Of a stretch of DNA of 64,000 nucleotides, positions 45,599 through 54,768 are shown piece after piece; the stretch's first letter is position 1; every line of letters begins with the position of its first letter. The notes under the pieces were generated by a model that was not told the DNA's origin, ran no database searches, and was given only the letters and a program-made list of their open reading frames with translations. Position numbers and translations under genes: made by a program. Source of the DNA: an uncultured Pseudomonadota bacterium (GTDB lineage: Bacteria > Pseudomonadota > Alphaproteobacteria > Rs-D84); the NCBI GenBank assembly GCA_949296475.1, contig CASFOK010000011.1, positions 2,300-66,299 of the forward strand. The letters are read 5' to 3'.

Positions 45599-47156
45599 AA
45601 CCTATCCCAAAGCGGATATTATAAGAATCACCTATGACTGCATCATGTATAGTACCGACTTCTAAGCCAGCATCCACATCATCATTATCAAACCTGGCCC
45701 CGATTCGTATTGCGGCGGCATATGTATTTTCATTAAATATTTTTATGCGTACACCATAATCATATTTAACATCATAATCAGACTGAAAATATTTTATCTC
45801 CGAACCAACACCAACCAAAAACTTTGCATCCTTTTCATCAACAACAGTTAGATAATCTGACGTCACTGATACAAATGGACTGACTATAAAATTATCATTT
45901 ACAACAAACTCTTTACCAAAATCTCCTGACATATATAAACTATATCCAGTTGGATTATTTATAATATCTTTACCGTTAAATACTGTACCAGTTTTAAAGT
46001 CCGCCTTGTTCATACCAGCACCCAAATTAACAAACAGCAAGTCCGATTTATAGAACGCATTTAATGTTCCGCCATAAAGCATAAAATCATAAACATTTAT
46101 ATAATCAGAATATGCTGTATATGCACTATACAAAGACATAGAAAGTTTTATATGTTTATTTATCTGATGAGACAAACCAGCGTTTACGCCATAAGAATAA
46201 AAATTTTTATTTATAACATATAAAGGCATTATACCTATCGGCTCATCAGAATCAACATATGTCATATTTTCAAAATAATTAAAAATCCGAATCGGATTCA
46301 TTAATTGAATTGGGTTCAAACGCACAGAATCATTCATTATGTTTTTCAAATCGTTCATATTCGTTGCCGAATCCATGGCGGTTAATAATTTATCATTCGG
46401 ATTTTCGTGTCTTATTGAATTAATAAATTTGCCTGTATCATTTCTAAAAATTTTATAATAATCAGTCTCACGCACCAATCGCCCATATAAATTTCCATCT
46501 TGCACATAAGAATGCACTGCATACAAAGGATTAGAATCACGAGCATGGATATAAACAGTCCCATCTCCGACAACATTTGACAATATGGGTCCATCAGATA
46601 CATCATCCATAGAATCTAGATAAATATTAACATTGCCCACAATTTTTATATCCGGTTTTAAAGAATAGCGACGCGATTTAATGATGACCTTATTAAAAAC
46701 CAACGACGAATTATCCAAAATTATTTGGTCTGCCCCACTACTTGTGCCGAATAAATGATTTAAAGAAACATCTTTTGCGTTTTTTACCAAAACAGTATAA
46801 TCGCCATTAACGTTTAATTGCCCAACATCTTCATTCTTATGTATTATCTGTATTAAATCGGACCTTTCACCAAGGTTAATAAAACTGTTTATTACACCGG
46901 GACCGGTAACAATCACCTGATAACCATCGTCAATATTTATGTTGCCGTTCATCACACCTTTATTATGTATGATTGCGTTTGAATGAAAATTCATATTCGT
47001 AATAGTTAATATAGCCCCACTATCAACACAAATATTTTCTGACAAATCAAGACTTTCTGCATTTACAGACCCTGTAAACACATAAGCCGCCGTTCCCGAA
47101 AAAGGATACAGCACGCAATAACAAAATAACGAAAGAAAAATCTTTCTAATCTCCAC
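45588..47156 (-). CDS. Putative autotransporter-like outer-membrane protein (522 aa)
   Basis: N-terminal signal-like segment. The N-half is Asn/Ile/Val/Gly-rich and repetitive (beta-helix-like). The C-terminal ~250 aa show alternating aromatic/Gly strands ending ...YNIRFGIGFSL. Call is from architecture only. Confidence 0.35.
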   Translation of the reverse strand: MEIRKIFLSLFCYCVLYPFSGTAAYVFTGSVNAESLDLSENICVDSGAILTITNMNFHSNAIIHNKGVMNGNINIDDGYQVIVTGPGVINSFINLGERSDLIQIIHKNEDVGQLNVNGDYTVLVKNAKDVSLNHLFGTSSGADQIILDNSSLVFNKVIIKSRRYSLKPDIKIVGNVNIYLDSMDDVSDGPILSNVVGDGTVYIHARDSNPLYAVHSYVQDGNLYGRLVRETDYYKIFRNDTGKFINSIRHENPNDKLLTAMDSATNMNDLKNIMNDSVRLNPIQLMNPIRIFNYFENMTYVDSDEPIGIMPLYVINKNFYSYGVNAGLSHQINKHIKLSMSLYSAYTAYSDYINVYDFMLYGGTLNAFYKSDLLFVNLGAGMNKADFKTGTVFNGKDIINNPTGYSLYMSGDFGKEFVVNDNFIVSPFVSVTSDYLTVVDEKDAKFLVGVGSEIKYFQSDYDVKYDYGVRIKIFNENTYAAAIRIGARFDNDDVDAGLEVGTIHDAVIGDSYNIRFGIGFSL

Positions 47157-47250
47157 AACAGAAAATTAGCATATAAGATTTTTTTCTTAAAGCAAATAAT
47201 AAAAAAACCCTGAAAGAATCAGGGTTAAAATACAACAAAATTTTTATTTA

Positions 47251-47859
47251 TTACAGCATTGATTCCTTTTTCAATGTTCCCCACGCAGCCTTGTAACCGC
47301 CATCACGTTCCAAGTATATTTTTGCGTTATTTAGTTGTTCTGCGTTTATGCCGCGTAAAATGAAAGTTTCTTCCAATTTTCCCGGATTTTCAATCATCAA
47401 AGTAGGCATATTCGTAGCAAGCGCGTTTTTATCACAGCACATTCCTGTTGAACATTTGTTGCACTGATGTATGCTCATATTATATTTTACGCCTGGGCGC
47501 AAATCTTTTAAATCAACGACCATTTTTAAGCCTGCATCTGTTTCATTAAACTTTATATACCCCATTTCCGATTGTCCGCCATGACTGCTGTGAGTGTACA
47601 TTTTTGCATGAACTCTTGTTATATCTGCATCTTCATATGTTTGATAGAAAACTACTTTTTCTGGTTTTTGATTTTGTTGCATTTGATTTTGTTTCATTGG
47701 CTTATTAGGCATTTGTTTTTTTGCCATTTGTTTTTGTTGTGGATGTCCTTGGGGATGATTCATCATATTTTTCTGACCACACCCTGTACAACCAGATAAT
47801 AATACGGCTACCCCTAAGATAGACGTCATGATTAATAGTTTCTTTACTAAGTTTTTCAT
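47251..47859 (-). CDS. Lipoprotein with Met/His/Gln-rich linker and degenerate Cu,Zn-superoxide-dismutase-like domain
   Basis: Lipobox LLSGC. Linker MMNHPQGHPQQKQMAKKQMPNKPMKQNQMQQNQ. The core G.I.FNETDAGLKMVVDLKDLRPG...SIH...C aligns by eye with the SodC pattern G.V.ITETD.GL....L..LPPG.HGFHIH..G.C, but most metal-ligand His residues are absent. Confidence 0.45.
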   Translation of the reverse strand: MKNLVKKLLIMTSILGVAVLLSGCTGCGQKNMMNHPQGHPQQKQMAKKQMPNKPMKQNQMQQNQKPEKVVFYQTYEDADITRVHAKMYTHSSHGGQSEMGYIKFNETDAGLKMVVDLKDLRPGVKYNMSIHQCNKCSTGMCCDKNALATNMPTLMIENPGKLEETFILRGINAEQLNNAKIYLERDGGYKAAWGTLKKESML

Positions 47860-48028
47860 AAAGTTCTCCTTTTTATTATGGTTACAATCATTATTTTATA
47901 CTATTTTTAACCGATTTTCGTCAGGTTTGAATACCTATATAAGCCAGGATTTTATGCATATAGACAAGTTTTAAGTAAAACAATGGTCTTGCCTTTGCAA
48001 GACCATTTTAACTTAAGAAAGTCAAAGT

Positions 48029-49654
48029 TTAACTATGCAACTTCAAAAATGATTTAAGTAAAACTTTTGGTGAAAATTGATGGTTACTAACCGGTGTTAA
48101 ATCTTTATCAACGCCCATTAAATAATAAACAGCCCTCTGCGCGGCACGTACAGAATACTCCATAGTGAACACAACATCATCTGGTAATTCTGCAAACTGA
48201 CTGACGAAAGCAAAATTTTCATATCCTTTTGGGTTTACCAAAGGTCTGTCACCGATGTTTCTTGGTTGGAATTGTGATGTTATATAAGGCATCAACGAGG
48301 TTCTGCATATTACACCTTTCATAAAATCTGCTTGTTCTTTTTTAGGTATATGCAGATGCCCCATTAATTCTGTCAACACATCTTTTCCTGTGCATTTATA
48401 CATAGGCTTTTTAACAAAATCGCCTTTTGTAAACATGTTTAACGAATACCCCCAGAAAATCTGTGTATCCAACGGTTGGTTTTTAAAATGTGGTTGCCGC
48501 GCAACAACAATAGATAATCGCCATGCAGAATCTTTAAACGTCACTAAGGCACCACCACCGGGATGATTTCTTGTAAAATCTTGAATATAATTCAATAACA
48601 TTGGATTTTTATTAATTGTCACTGTAAAAGACATCCACATGCTCTCATCGGGATTACCGTAAAACACCTCTGGTTTACCAAACTCTGGCCTATTTTCGGC
48701 AATTTTTTGCCACAACGCAAAAGACGGCCCGATATGTTTAGTTTTATATTCAGGAACCGTTTTCATATCTGCTTGGTCAGAATTATCTGTCATGCACCCG
48801 TTTGTAAACAAAACTATATCCGTGGGTAAAATTTCTATTTTTTTGTTTTTACCCGCTTGTTTATAAAAAATCTTATTTGCGACAATTTCACCGTTATTTA
48901 ATTTTACGAAAGAAATATCATCAACATTTGCATTTAATACTAACTGTACGCCATTTTTTCGCAACCAGTTCACAATAGGCGTAACAATTGAATCATATTG
49001 ATTATAAGCGGTACGAGCGACACCGGCCAACGTGTGTATACGCGGAAATTCGTGCATAAAACGTATCATATATCTACGCAGTTCTGCAGCACTGGACCAG
49101 GGCTGAAAAGCAAAAGTTGTTTGCCACATTAACCAAAAATTTGTCTTAAAAAAATGCTTACCAAATACTTGATCTATGCGTTTATTACCCAAAGATTTTT
49201 CGCTTTCTAACAAAATCAATTTTTCCATTTCTTTTCTATCTTCATCAGAAAAGCCCATTTTTGTAACGTCTACTTTACTGCCGTCTTGCTTAACAAGACG
49301 TGCGCGCGAATGCGTTTTAAATTCTTCGTTAAACTCCAAGAATTCTTCTTCCATGCTTATATTATCAAATTCTTCGGACGGAATACTGCGCATAACGTCT
49401 TGCAGGCATTCATATGTGGGTATATTTAACATACGTCCGCCACGAATCATATAACCTTGTTTTGAACTTCCCGCACCGTCCAGGCTTCCTCCTTCTATGT
49501 CCAAAGTTTCTAATATATGAATATTTTTACCTGGAACTTTGGCGTCTCTTATTAAATAAACCGCTGCACTTAAAGAGCCAATTCCAGCGCCTATCATATA
49601 AACATTTGTATTTTGTGGTTTGCGTTTAATTTTGCTTTTTCCTGCTGTTGCCAT
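48029..49654 (-). CDS. ohyA: Oleate hydratase (MCRA family, FAD-dependent)
   Basis: N-terminal FAD fold YMIGAGIGSLSAAVYL. MCRA-type motifs GGRML/GGRMLN.PTYEC and ...FAFQPWSSAAELRRY. Start set to ATG 49654 behind GGGAGGGA. Downstream hairpin at ~47981-48010. Confidence 0.85.
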   Translation of the reverse strand: MATAGKSKIKRKPQNTNVYMIGAGIGSLSAAVYLIRDAKVPGKNIHILETLDIEGGSLDGAGSSKQGYMIRGGRMLNIPTYECLQDVMRSIPSEEFDNISMEEEFLEFNEEFKTHSRARLVKQDGSKVDVTKMGFSDEDRKEMEKLILLESEKSLGNKRIDQVFGKHFFKTNFWLMWQTTFAFQPWSSAAELRRYMIRFMHEFPRIHTLAGVARTAYNQYDSIVTPIVNWLRKNGVQLVLNANVDDISFVKLNNGEIVANKIFYKQAGKNKKIEILPTDIVLFTNGCMTDNSDQADMKTVPEYKTKHIGPSFALWQKIAENRPEFGKPEVFYGNPDESMWMSFTVTINKNPMLLNYIQDFTRNHPGGGALVTFKDSAWRLSIVVARQPHFKNQPLDTQIFWGYSLNMFTKGDFVKKPMYKCTGKDVLTELMGHLHIPKKEQADFMKGVICRTSLMPYITSQFQPRNIGDRPLVNPKGYENFAFVSQFAELPDDVVFTMEYSVRAAQRAVYYLMGVDKDLTPVSNHQFSPKVLLKSFLKLHS

Positions 49655-49821
49655 AATTTTCCCTCCCATTTTATCTGATATAATAATATCAATTAGTTCG
49701 TGATAAAGTCATAGGATACAAAACATAAAAAAATCGCCCCTATACAAGCGATTTACTTATATGAAAAGCAAAAGATAAAATTTTATCCCGCAACAAAAAC
49801 TGCTGCGGGATAAAAGACACC

Positions 49822-50430
49822 CTAGAACATAAATCTGATACCAACATCACCGCCAAAATTATGCAGACCAGAATTAACGTCTACGTAATTATAACGTGCT
49901 GCCAAATCAACAGCAAAACGCTGCATATCAAACGTTACGCCCAATGTACCCATCGCAGAGAAACGGGTTTTACTTTCGCCACGTTCATAAATTTCTGGAT
50001 AAGTACGTTTGACATCTGTAAATGCAGCACCAGCACCCAAACCTACGAATGGGCGAACAATACGATAGTTACCGAATTCCCAGTACATATTCCATAACAA
50101 AGTTTGCAGTTTTGTTTCAACTTCTATCTTACCAGCATCGCCAAAATCTGCGTGATCTTTTGCCTTGCTATAGATAGACCATTCAATTTCCGATCTTACT
50201 GTATCACAGATTTCCAAACCCATTGCTGCACGGCCTTGGAATACCATATCTGACAAAGTTTCTTTATGATCATTGAAACTGTAGTTAAGGTTGGTATACC
50301 CTGCACCGCCGCGAATACCGATATATGGGTCAAAACCGAACAGTTGCCAACTGCTGCCCCCTTGCTGTGGTCCAGCAAACGCGGGACATGCAATTAATAC
50401 TGCCAATGTAGACATAGCTATTTTTTTCAT
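49822..50430 (-). CDS. Outer-membrane beta-barrel protein (OMP_b-brl/OmpA-like TM type)
   Basis: Signal peptide MKKIAMSTLAVLIACPAFA. 8-strand-like alternating pattern. C-terminal GDVGIRFMF. Confidence 0.65.
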   Translation of the reverse strand: MKKIAMSTLAVLIACPAFAGPQQGGSSWQLFGFDPYIGIRGGAGYTNLNYSFNDHKETLSDMVFQGRAAMGLEICDTVRSEIEWSIYSKAKDHADFGDAGKIEVETKLQTLLWNMYWEFGNYRIVRPFVGLGAGAAFTDVKRTYPEIYERGESKTRFSAMGTLGVTFDMQRFAVDLAARYNYVDVNSGLHNFGGDVGIRFMF

Positions 50431-50568
50431 TTTCTCTCCTTTTTATTTTTTATCATGTCAACAATTATATTGTATCAAAGCTAAGCACAAGTTTGCATAG
50501 GTATAGATACCTGAATTAAACACGCGTTCAAAAATGTAACTTCAAAAATATAAAAAACATATAAACAC

Positions 50569-50596
50569 TTGCATTTAGTAAGAAAAAGTCTATAAT
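50569..50596 (+). promoter_or_regulatory. Sigma70-type promoter candidate for tRNA-Lys
   Basis: TTGCAT (50569-50574), 16-nt spacer, TATAAT (50591-50596). It lies 26 nt upstream of the mature tRNA 5' end. Confidence 0.55.
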
Positions 50597-50622
50597 CAGC
50601 ACGGTAAAAAATAAAAGGACCC

Positions 50623-50698
50623 GGGTGCGTAGCTCAGTTGGTAGAGCAACTGACTCTTAATCAGTGGGTCCAGGGTTCGAGTCCCTGCGCGCCCACCA
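50623..50698 (+). tRNA. tRNA-Lys (CTT), CCA encoded
   Basis: Folded by hand: GGGTGCG TA GCTC AGTTGGTA GAGC A ACTGA CTCTTAA TCAGT GGGTC CAGGG TTCGAGT CCCTG CGCGCCC A CCA. Confidence 0.93.
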
Positions 50699-50705
50699 AT
50701 ATAAA

Positions 50706-50734
50706 TAAAAAAGCCGTTTTTTACGGCTTTTTTA
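50706..50734. terminator. Bidirectional terminator (tRNA-Lys / nlpD-like gene)
   Basis: aaaaaAAGCCGTtttttACGGCTTtttt. Confidence 0.7.
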
Positions 50735-50755
50735 TATCAATCGCTAAATCATCGT

Positions 50756-52138
50756 TTACTTTAAATATGAAGACGGATTATAAGCCTTGGTTCCCTTGCG
50801 TATTTCAAAATGCAGTTGTGGTTTATCCACTTTACCTGTTGCGCCGACGGTACCTATTTTCTGTCCGACAGAAACTTTTGTACCGCGGCGAACTGTCATT
50901 GTATCCATATGTGCATAAACCGTCATCCAACCACCTGAATGTTGAATAATTATTAAGTTTCCCATCCCTTTTACTTCATTACCAGCATATGCAACAACCC
51001 CATTTTCAGCGGCCTTGACAGTTGTTCCTTTGTTCGCGCCTATGTTTATACCATCGTTAAATAACCCGCCGGACTTTGCACCATAACTGGATAATATTTT
51101 TCCTCTGACAGGCCAAGAGAATTTAGATGAAGAACGCGCACTAATTTTCGGTAACTTTGTATTTGGATCCGAAGATATTTTCGTTTTTGTTTTTGCCGCG
51201 GGCTTTGTCGCTGTTTTAACTGGTTCTGTTTTTGTTTTAGCAACTGTTTTTGATGTCGTTTGCTTTGCTGTACCTGTGGATAATTTTGTCTGGGCAGTCG
51301 TACTTCTAACCGGCGTCATAGTCATTACTGGTGCTTTACTAAGGTTCGGTACCTTCAATTTCTGCCCGACGGATAGCGTAAACGGCGCACTTAATCCGTT
51401 CATAACAGCCAAATCATTAACTGGCACAGAATATTTACGTGAAATTGAATACAAAGTATCGCCAGCCTCTACAGAAATCTCTTGTAATTCAACGCGCGTA
51501 GTTGTGTTGTTTGTGACGGGCTTTTTAACAGTAACTGTTTGAACAATCGCGGTTTCAACAACACCGGGTAATATCAACTTCTGTCCAACAGATAAAGCAT
51601 AAGGTTCATGTAAATTATTTAATTTCGCAATTTCTTCTACATTTGTATTGTACTTCTTTGCCAAAGAATATAATGTATCCCCCGGCTGTACAATGACCTC
51701 TTTTTCTGTTTGCTCTGTTTTAATACCGCCATACATTGGCACCTGTAAATATTCTTCTTGTTCTGCTAAAACAACAACCGGCTCTTCAACAATGGGCTCA
51801 CCATATTCCACATCAATTTCAGTGCTTTGTGCGATTTCTCCATACATAGCACCTGCTTCTGCCTGTGGCGGTATGATATAATCGTCAACGCTGGCATATT
51901 CTATATAATCCATACTTGACACAGAACCGTATAAATTAGGTGACGCATATACCCCATAGTCACTTGCAGCGGAATTATAAATTTCCGGCTGAGTTTCCGG
52001 GTCTGCCAACAATGCAGGATATCGCGTAGAAATGAATTCACCAACAGTATCAGGCAATGCCACTATTTTCGGCTGTAAATCACAGGCAGGCAATGCCAAT
52101 GTCACAATAACTAAAAAGCAATAAAAGATTTTGTTCAC
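50756..52138 (-). CDS. LysM-domain M23 peptidase lipoprotein (NlpD-like)
   Basis: Lipobox LALPAC. Two LysM repeats (V.PGDTLYS.A.KY......A.LN.L......VGQKL..P). Pro/Thr/Lys-rich linker. C-terminal M23 domain (GINIGA..GT.V.AA..G.V.YAG......GN...I.H..G..T.YAH). Confidence 0.85.
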   Translation of the reverse strand: MNKIFYCFLVIVTLALPACDLQPKIVALPDTVGEFISTRYPALLADPETQPEIYNSAASDYGVYASPNLYGSVSSMDYIEYASVDDYIIPPQAEAGAMYGEIAQSTEIDVEYGEPIVEEPVVVLAEQEEYLQVPMYGGIKTEQTEKEVIVQPGDTLYSLAKKYNTNVEEIAKLNNLHEPYALSVGQKLILPGVVETAIVQTVTVKKPVTNNTTTRVELQEISVEAGDTLYSISRKYSVPVNDLAVMNGLSAPFTLSVGQKLKVPNLSKAPVMTMTPVRSTTAQTKLSTGTAKQTTSKTVAKTKTEPVKTATKPAAKTKTKISSDPNTKLPKISARSSSKFSWPVRGKILSSYGAKSGGLFNDGINIGANKGTTVKAAENGVVAYAGNEVKGMGNLIIIQHSGGWMTVYAHMDTMTVRRGTKVSVGQKIGTVGATGKVDKPQLHFEIRKGTKAYNPSSYLK

Positions 52139-52177
52139 AGAAAAATTATATCATAAAAAGACAGATAAATAAACAAT

Positions 52178-52894
52178 CTAAACGTTATCATCCGACTTCA
52201 TAAACAAAAGACTTAATTCAAACAACAACCACATTGGCAACGCTAATAAAACCTGAGATACGACATCTGGCGGCGTCAAGACCGCAGCAATTATAACGAT
52301 AAAGACGATTGCATACCTACGCATTTTTGTTGCATAAGACTTTGACAAAACACCAATTCTATTTAATAACACCAAAACCAAAGGCAACTGAAAAGCCAGA
52401 CCAAATATTTTCAACATTCCTATTGTGAACGCCAAATAATCTTTCGCCATTGGCAGAACGACCGAAGGCACCGGTGCAGATTGATTTAACTCAATAAAGA
52501 AACTAAATACAAAAGGAAACAAGATATAAAAAGCGAACGCCGCACCAATTAAAAACAACAACGGCGAACAAATCAAAATTGGCCACACAAAATCTTTTTC
52601 TTTCTTGTGTAAGCCGGGGGCAACAAAAGCCCAAATTTGCCAAAAAGCAAATGGCGTTGTTACGAATAAAGAAAACAAAACAGACAAAGAAAAACGAATC
52701 ATCAGTCCATCTGTCACACCGCCATATAACAAGGCACCATCATTCCAAACATCTAATAGAGGTTTTGTTAAAAACTCTTGCAAGAAAGGCGAAACAACCC
52801 ACCCCACACACAACGCCAAGACAAAAACGCACGCAACCCACAGTATTCTGCGTCTTAATTCAACGAAATGTTGCCCCAAGGTCATTTTTTTCAT
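52178..52894 (-). CDS. tatC: Twin-arginine translocase subunit TatC
   Basis: Six TM helices. L..HF.ELRRR and ...LTPPDV.SQ motifs. 4-nt overlap with tatB. Confidence 0.9.
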   Translation of the reverse strand: MKKMTLGQHFVELRRRILWVACVFVLALCVGWVVSPFLQEFLTKPLLDVWNDGALLYGGVTDGLMIRFSLSVLFSLFVTTPFAFWQIWAFVAPGLHKKEKDFVWPILICSPLLFLIGAAFAFYILFPFVFSFFIELNQSAPVPSVVLPMAKDYLAFTIGMLKIFGLAFQLPLVLVLLNRIGVLSKSYATKMRRYAIVFIVIIAAVLTPPDVVSQVLLALPMWLLFELSLLFMKSDDNV

Positions 52895-53199
52895 TTGTTG
52901 CTTTTACCTTTGCGCACGCTTTTGCGTTTATTTTTTTGTTGCTGTATATTTTTTATAGGCGTAGAAAAATCCGCCAGTACATCGTCTGTTGTCGTGCGTA
53001 TTAAATCGTCAATAGGCTTTTCCAAATCAATTTGTTGTTTAATATGCTCTGACGCGTCTGATATTTTCCAGATTAAACCACGAATAAAGTTAACGACCTT
53101 GGCTAAAAACTTAGCAACATCAGGCCACATACGCGCAGGGATTACCAGAACCCCAACCAATAAAATAACTAAAAATTCTGCCCAACTTATACCAAACAT
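52891..53199 (-). CDS. tatB: Twin-arginine translocase subunit TatB
   Basis: MFGISWAEFLVILLVGVLVI.P (TatA/B N-terminal TM plus amphipathic helix). Located upstream of tatC. Confidence 0.8.
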   Translation of the reverse strand: MFGISWAEFLVILLVGVLVIPARMWPDVAKFLAKVVNFIRGLIWKISDASEHIKQQIDLEKPIDDLIRTTTDDVLADFSTPIKNIQQQKNKRKSVRKGKSNK

Positions 53200-53201
53200 T
53201 T

Positions 53202-53816
53202 TTAATCATAAAACGAATCGCCACCACTGGTATTAACTGTCTTGTGTCTTTGAATCTGAAAATAGTTTTTACCAAAATTAGTTTTAGTTTTTAAACCAGA
53301 AAACACAACGTCTGTCTTGGCACCAGTTGCGTCAACAACGGTCCAAGAATTTAACTTAACCGGTTTTTTATCAAAAACAACCGTCATGTTTCCCAACCCT
53401 TCTTGCCCGCGCAAGTTCATTTTTAATGCAAACGTATTTTTCCCTGTTTCTGTTTCGTAAACGTTTATATCGGCATTTTTTAAATCAATATTTTTTCTTA
53501 TTAATATCCCGGCAGGCGTACTAGTCAGCGGAACCGTTGTAATCTGATCCAAAGATTTATCAAAAAAATATAAATCTTTTCCGTCTGCTATTAACTGTAC
53601 CGGCATATTGTCATAATCTAAACGTACACGCCCAGGACGCAACATAGAAAAGTCGCCCTTTTCTGTTTTGCCGTTTGCCTTTTGCACGAAACCACCGGTC
53701 AACCCCGTAATAGAATTTAAATATTTTTCAGCAGAATTCACCAATGAAGCGTCAACCGCCGCATTCGCCGTTGTAGCGACAGCAAATAAACATAACGTTA
53801 TTATTAACTTCTTCAT
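53202..53816 (-). CDS. lolA: Outer-membrane lipoprotein carrier LolA-like protein
   Basis: Signal peptide. The L.G.F.Q........G.F...PG..R..Y......L.ADGK.L..FD..L.Q pattern is typical of LolA. Confidence 0.65.
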   Translation of the reverse strand: MKKLIITLCLFAVATTANAAVDASLVNSAEKYLNSITGLTGGFVQKANGKTEKGDFSMLRPGRVRLDYDNMPVQLIADGKDLYFFDKSLDQITTVPLTSTPAGILIRKNIDLKNADINVYETETGKNTFALKMNLRGQEGLGNMTVVFDKKPVKLNSWTVVDATGAKTDVVFSGLKTKTNFGKNYFQIQRHKTVNTSGGDSFYD

Positions 53817-54766
53817 TTTTCCCCCTTAAATAAATCCAATACCATTGAACGTGCGTTATCCAAAGTATCATATATCACAGCACCCGACGCATACATATGA
53901 CCGCCGCCGCCCAAAGCAACAGCAATATGTTCTATGGGTTTCGTACGACTGCGCAAAGATACACCAATTTGTTTTTCTTTTTGTTGTTTCAATAATACGA
54001 TATATTCAATACCTTTTATTTGCCCCAACAAATTCAACACCGTATCACCACGCCCGTCTAAATTTTTATATTCTTTTTTTCCTATTACGGCCAAAGCCAA
54101 GCGACCGCCAAATAAAAACTCTGCCTGCGAAGCAACGGTGGCTTCCATCAAAACGGTTTTTTTAGATTTATTATTTAACGCATTAGATATATTTTCTATA
54201 CAAACGCCCATATCAACCAAGTCCGCCATTACTTTTAATGACTTACCTGACCTGACATATTTAAAATTCCCGGTATCTGTTAATATTGATACAGCCAACA
54301 AATCTAAAACATCCGAATCGTATTTCCAATTCATCTGTCGCATTAAATCGTACAATATTTCACCAACAGCAGCGGCTGTATTATCATTTAAACACACAAT
54401 TCCAATGGGCGAATCGTTTTTATGATGATCTATTTCATATACAACCTTTGATTCCGACACCATTGATGCTACGCCACCAAGATTTTTTTCGGTGCCGTAA
54501 TCAACCAATATCATACAATCCACACTCTGCCGTGCATCAACATGTGCGAAATACTGTATTTTTTTTCTATCTGGTATATTATCCAAGCAATCTGGTATAT
54601 TTCCATCATATACGCACAAAGGAACTTTATTATAGTTTAACTCTATCAATCGTGCCAAAGCCAAAACCGAAGCCAAAGAATCACCGTCAGGATTTTTATG
54701 CCCAGCAATTACAATAGATTTTGCATTTTGTATAGTCTCTATAAAATGTTTTAAACAATTTTTCAT
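53813..54766 (-). CDS. nrnA: DHH/DHHA1 phosphoesterase NrnA (oligoribonuclease / pAp phosphatase)
   Basis: HKNPDGDSLAS, DHH (EIDHHKN), GGGHMYASG. 317 aa. Confidence 0.8.
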   Translation of the reverse strand: MKNCLKHFIETIQNAKSIVIAGHKNPDGDSLASVLALARLIELNYNKVPLCVYDGNIPDCLDNIPDRKKIQYFAHVDARQSVDCMILVDYGTEKNLGGVASMVSESKVVYEIDHHKNDSPIGIVCLNDNTAAAVGEILYDLMRQMNWKYDSDVLDLLAVSILTDTGNFKYVRSGKSLKVMADLVDMGVCIENISNALNNKSKKTVLMEATVASQAEFLFGGRLALAVIGKKEYKNLDGRGDTVLNLLGQIKGIEYIVLLKQQKEKQIGVSLRSRTKPIEHIAVALGGGGHMYASGAVIYDTLDNARSMVLDLFKGEK

Positions 54767-54768
54767 TC

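Noticed and set aside
45600-50700. tRNA-Lys-associated genomic island
   Set aside because: The accessory-looking block lies 5' of the tRNA rather than at its 3' end. There is no integrase or recombinase, and I saw no direct repeat of the tRNA 3' end. I could not run an exhaustive repeat search.
52579-54717. Plus-strand ORFs opposite tatC, tatB, lolA and nrnA (52579-53004, 52605-52958, 52868-53236, 53845-54165, 53934-54425, 54286-54717)
   Set aside because: They are antisense shadows in an AT-rich, stop-poor frame, with no motifs. The minus-strand genes are strongly supported.
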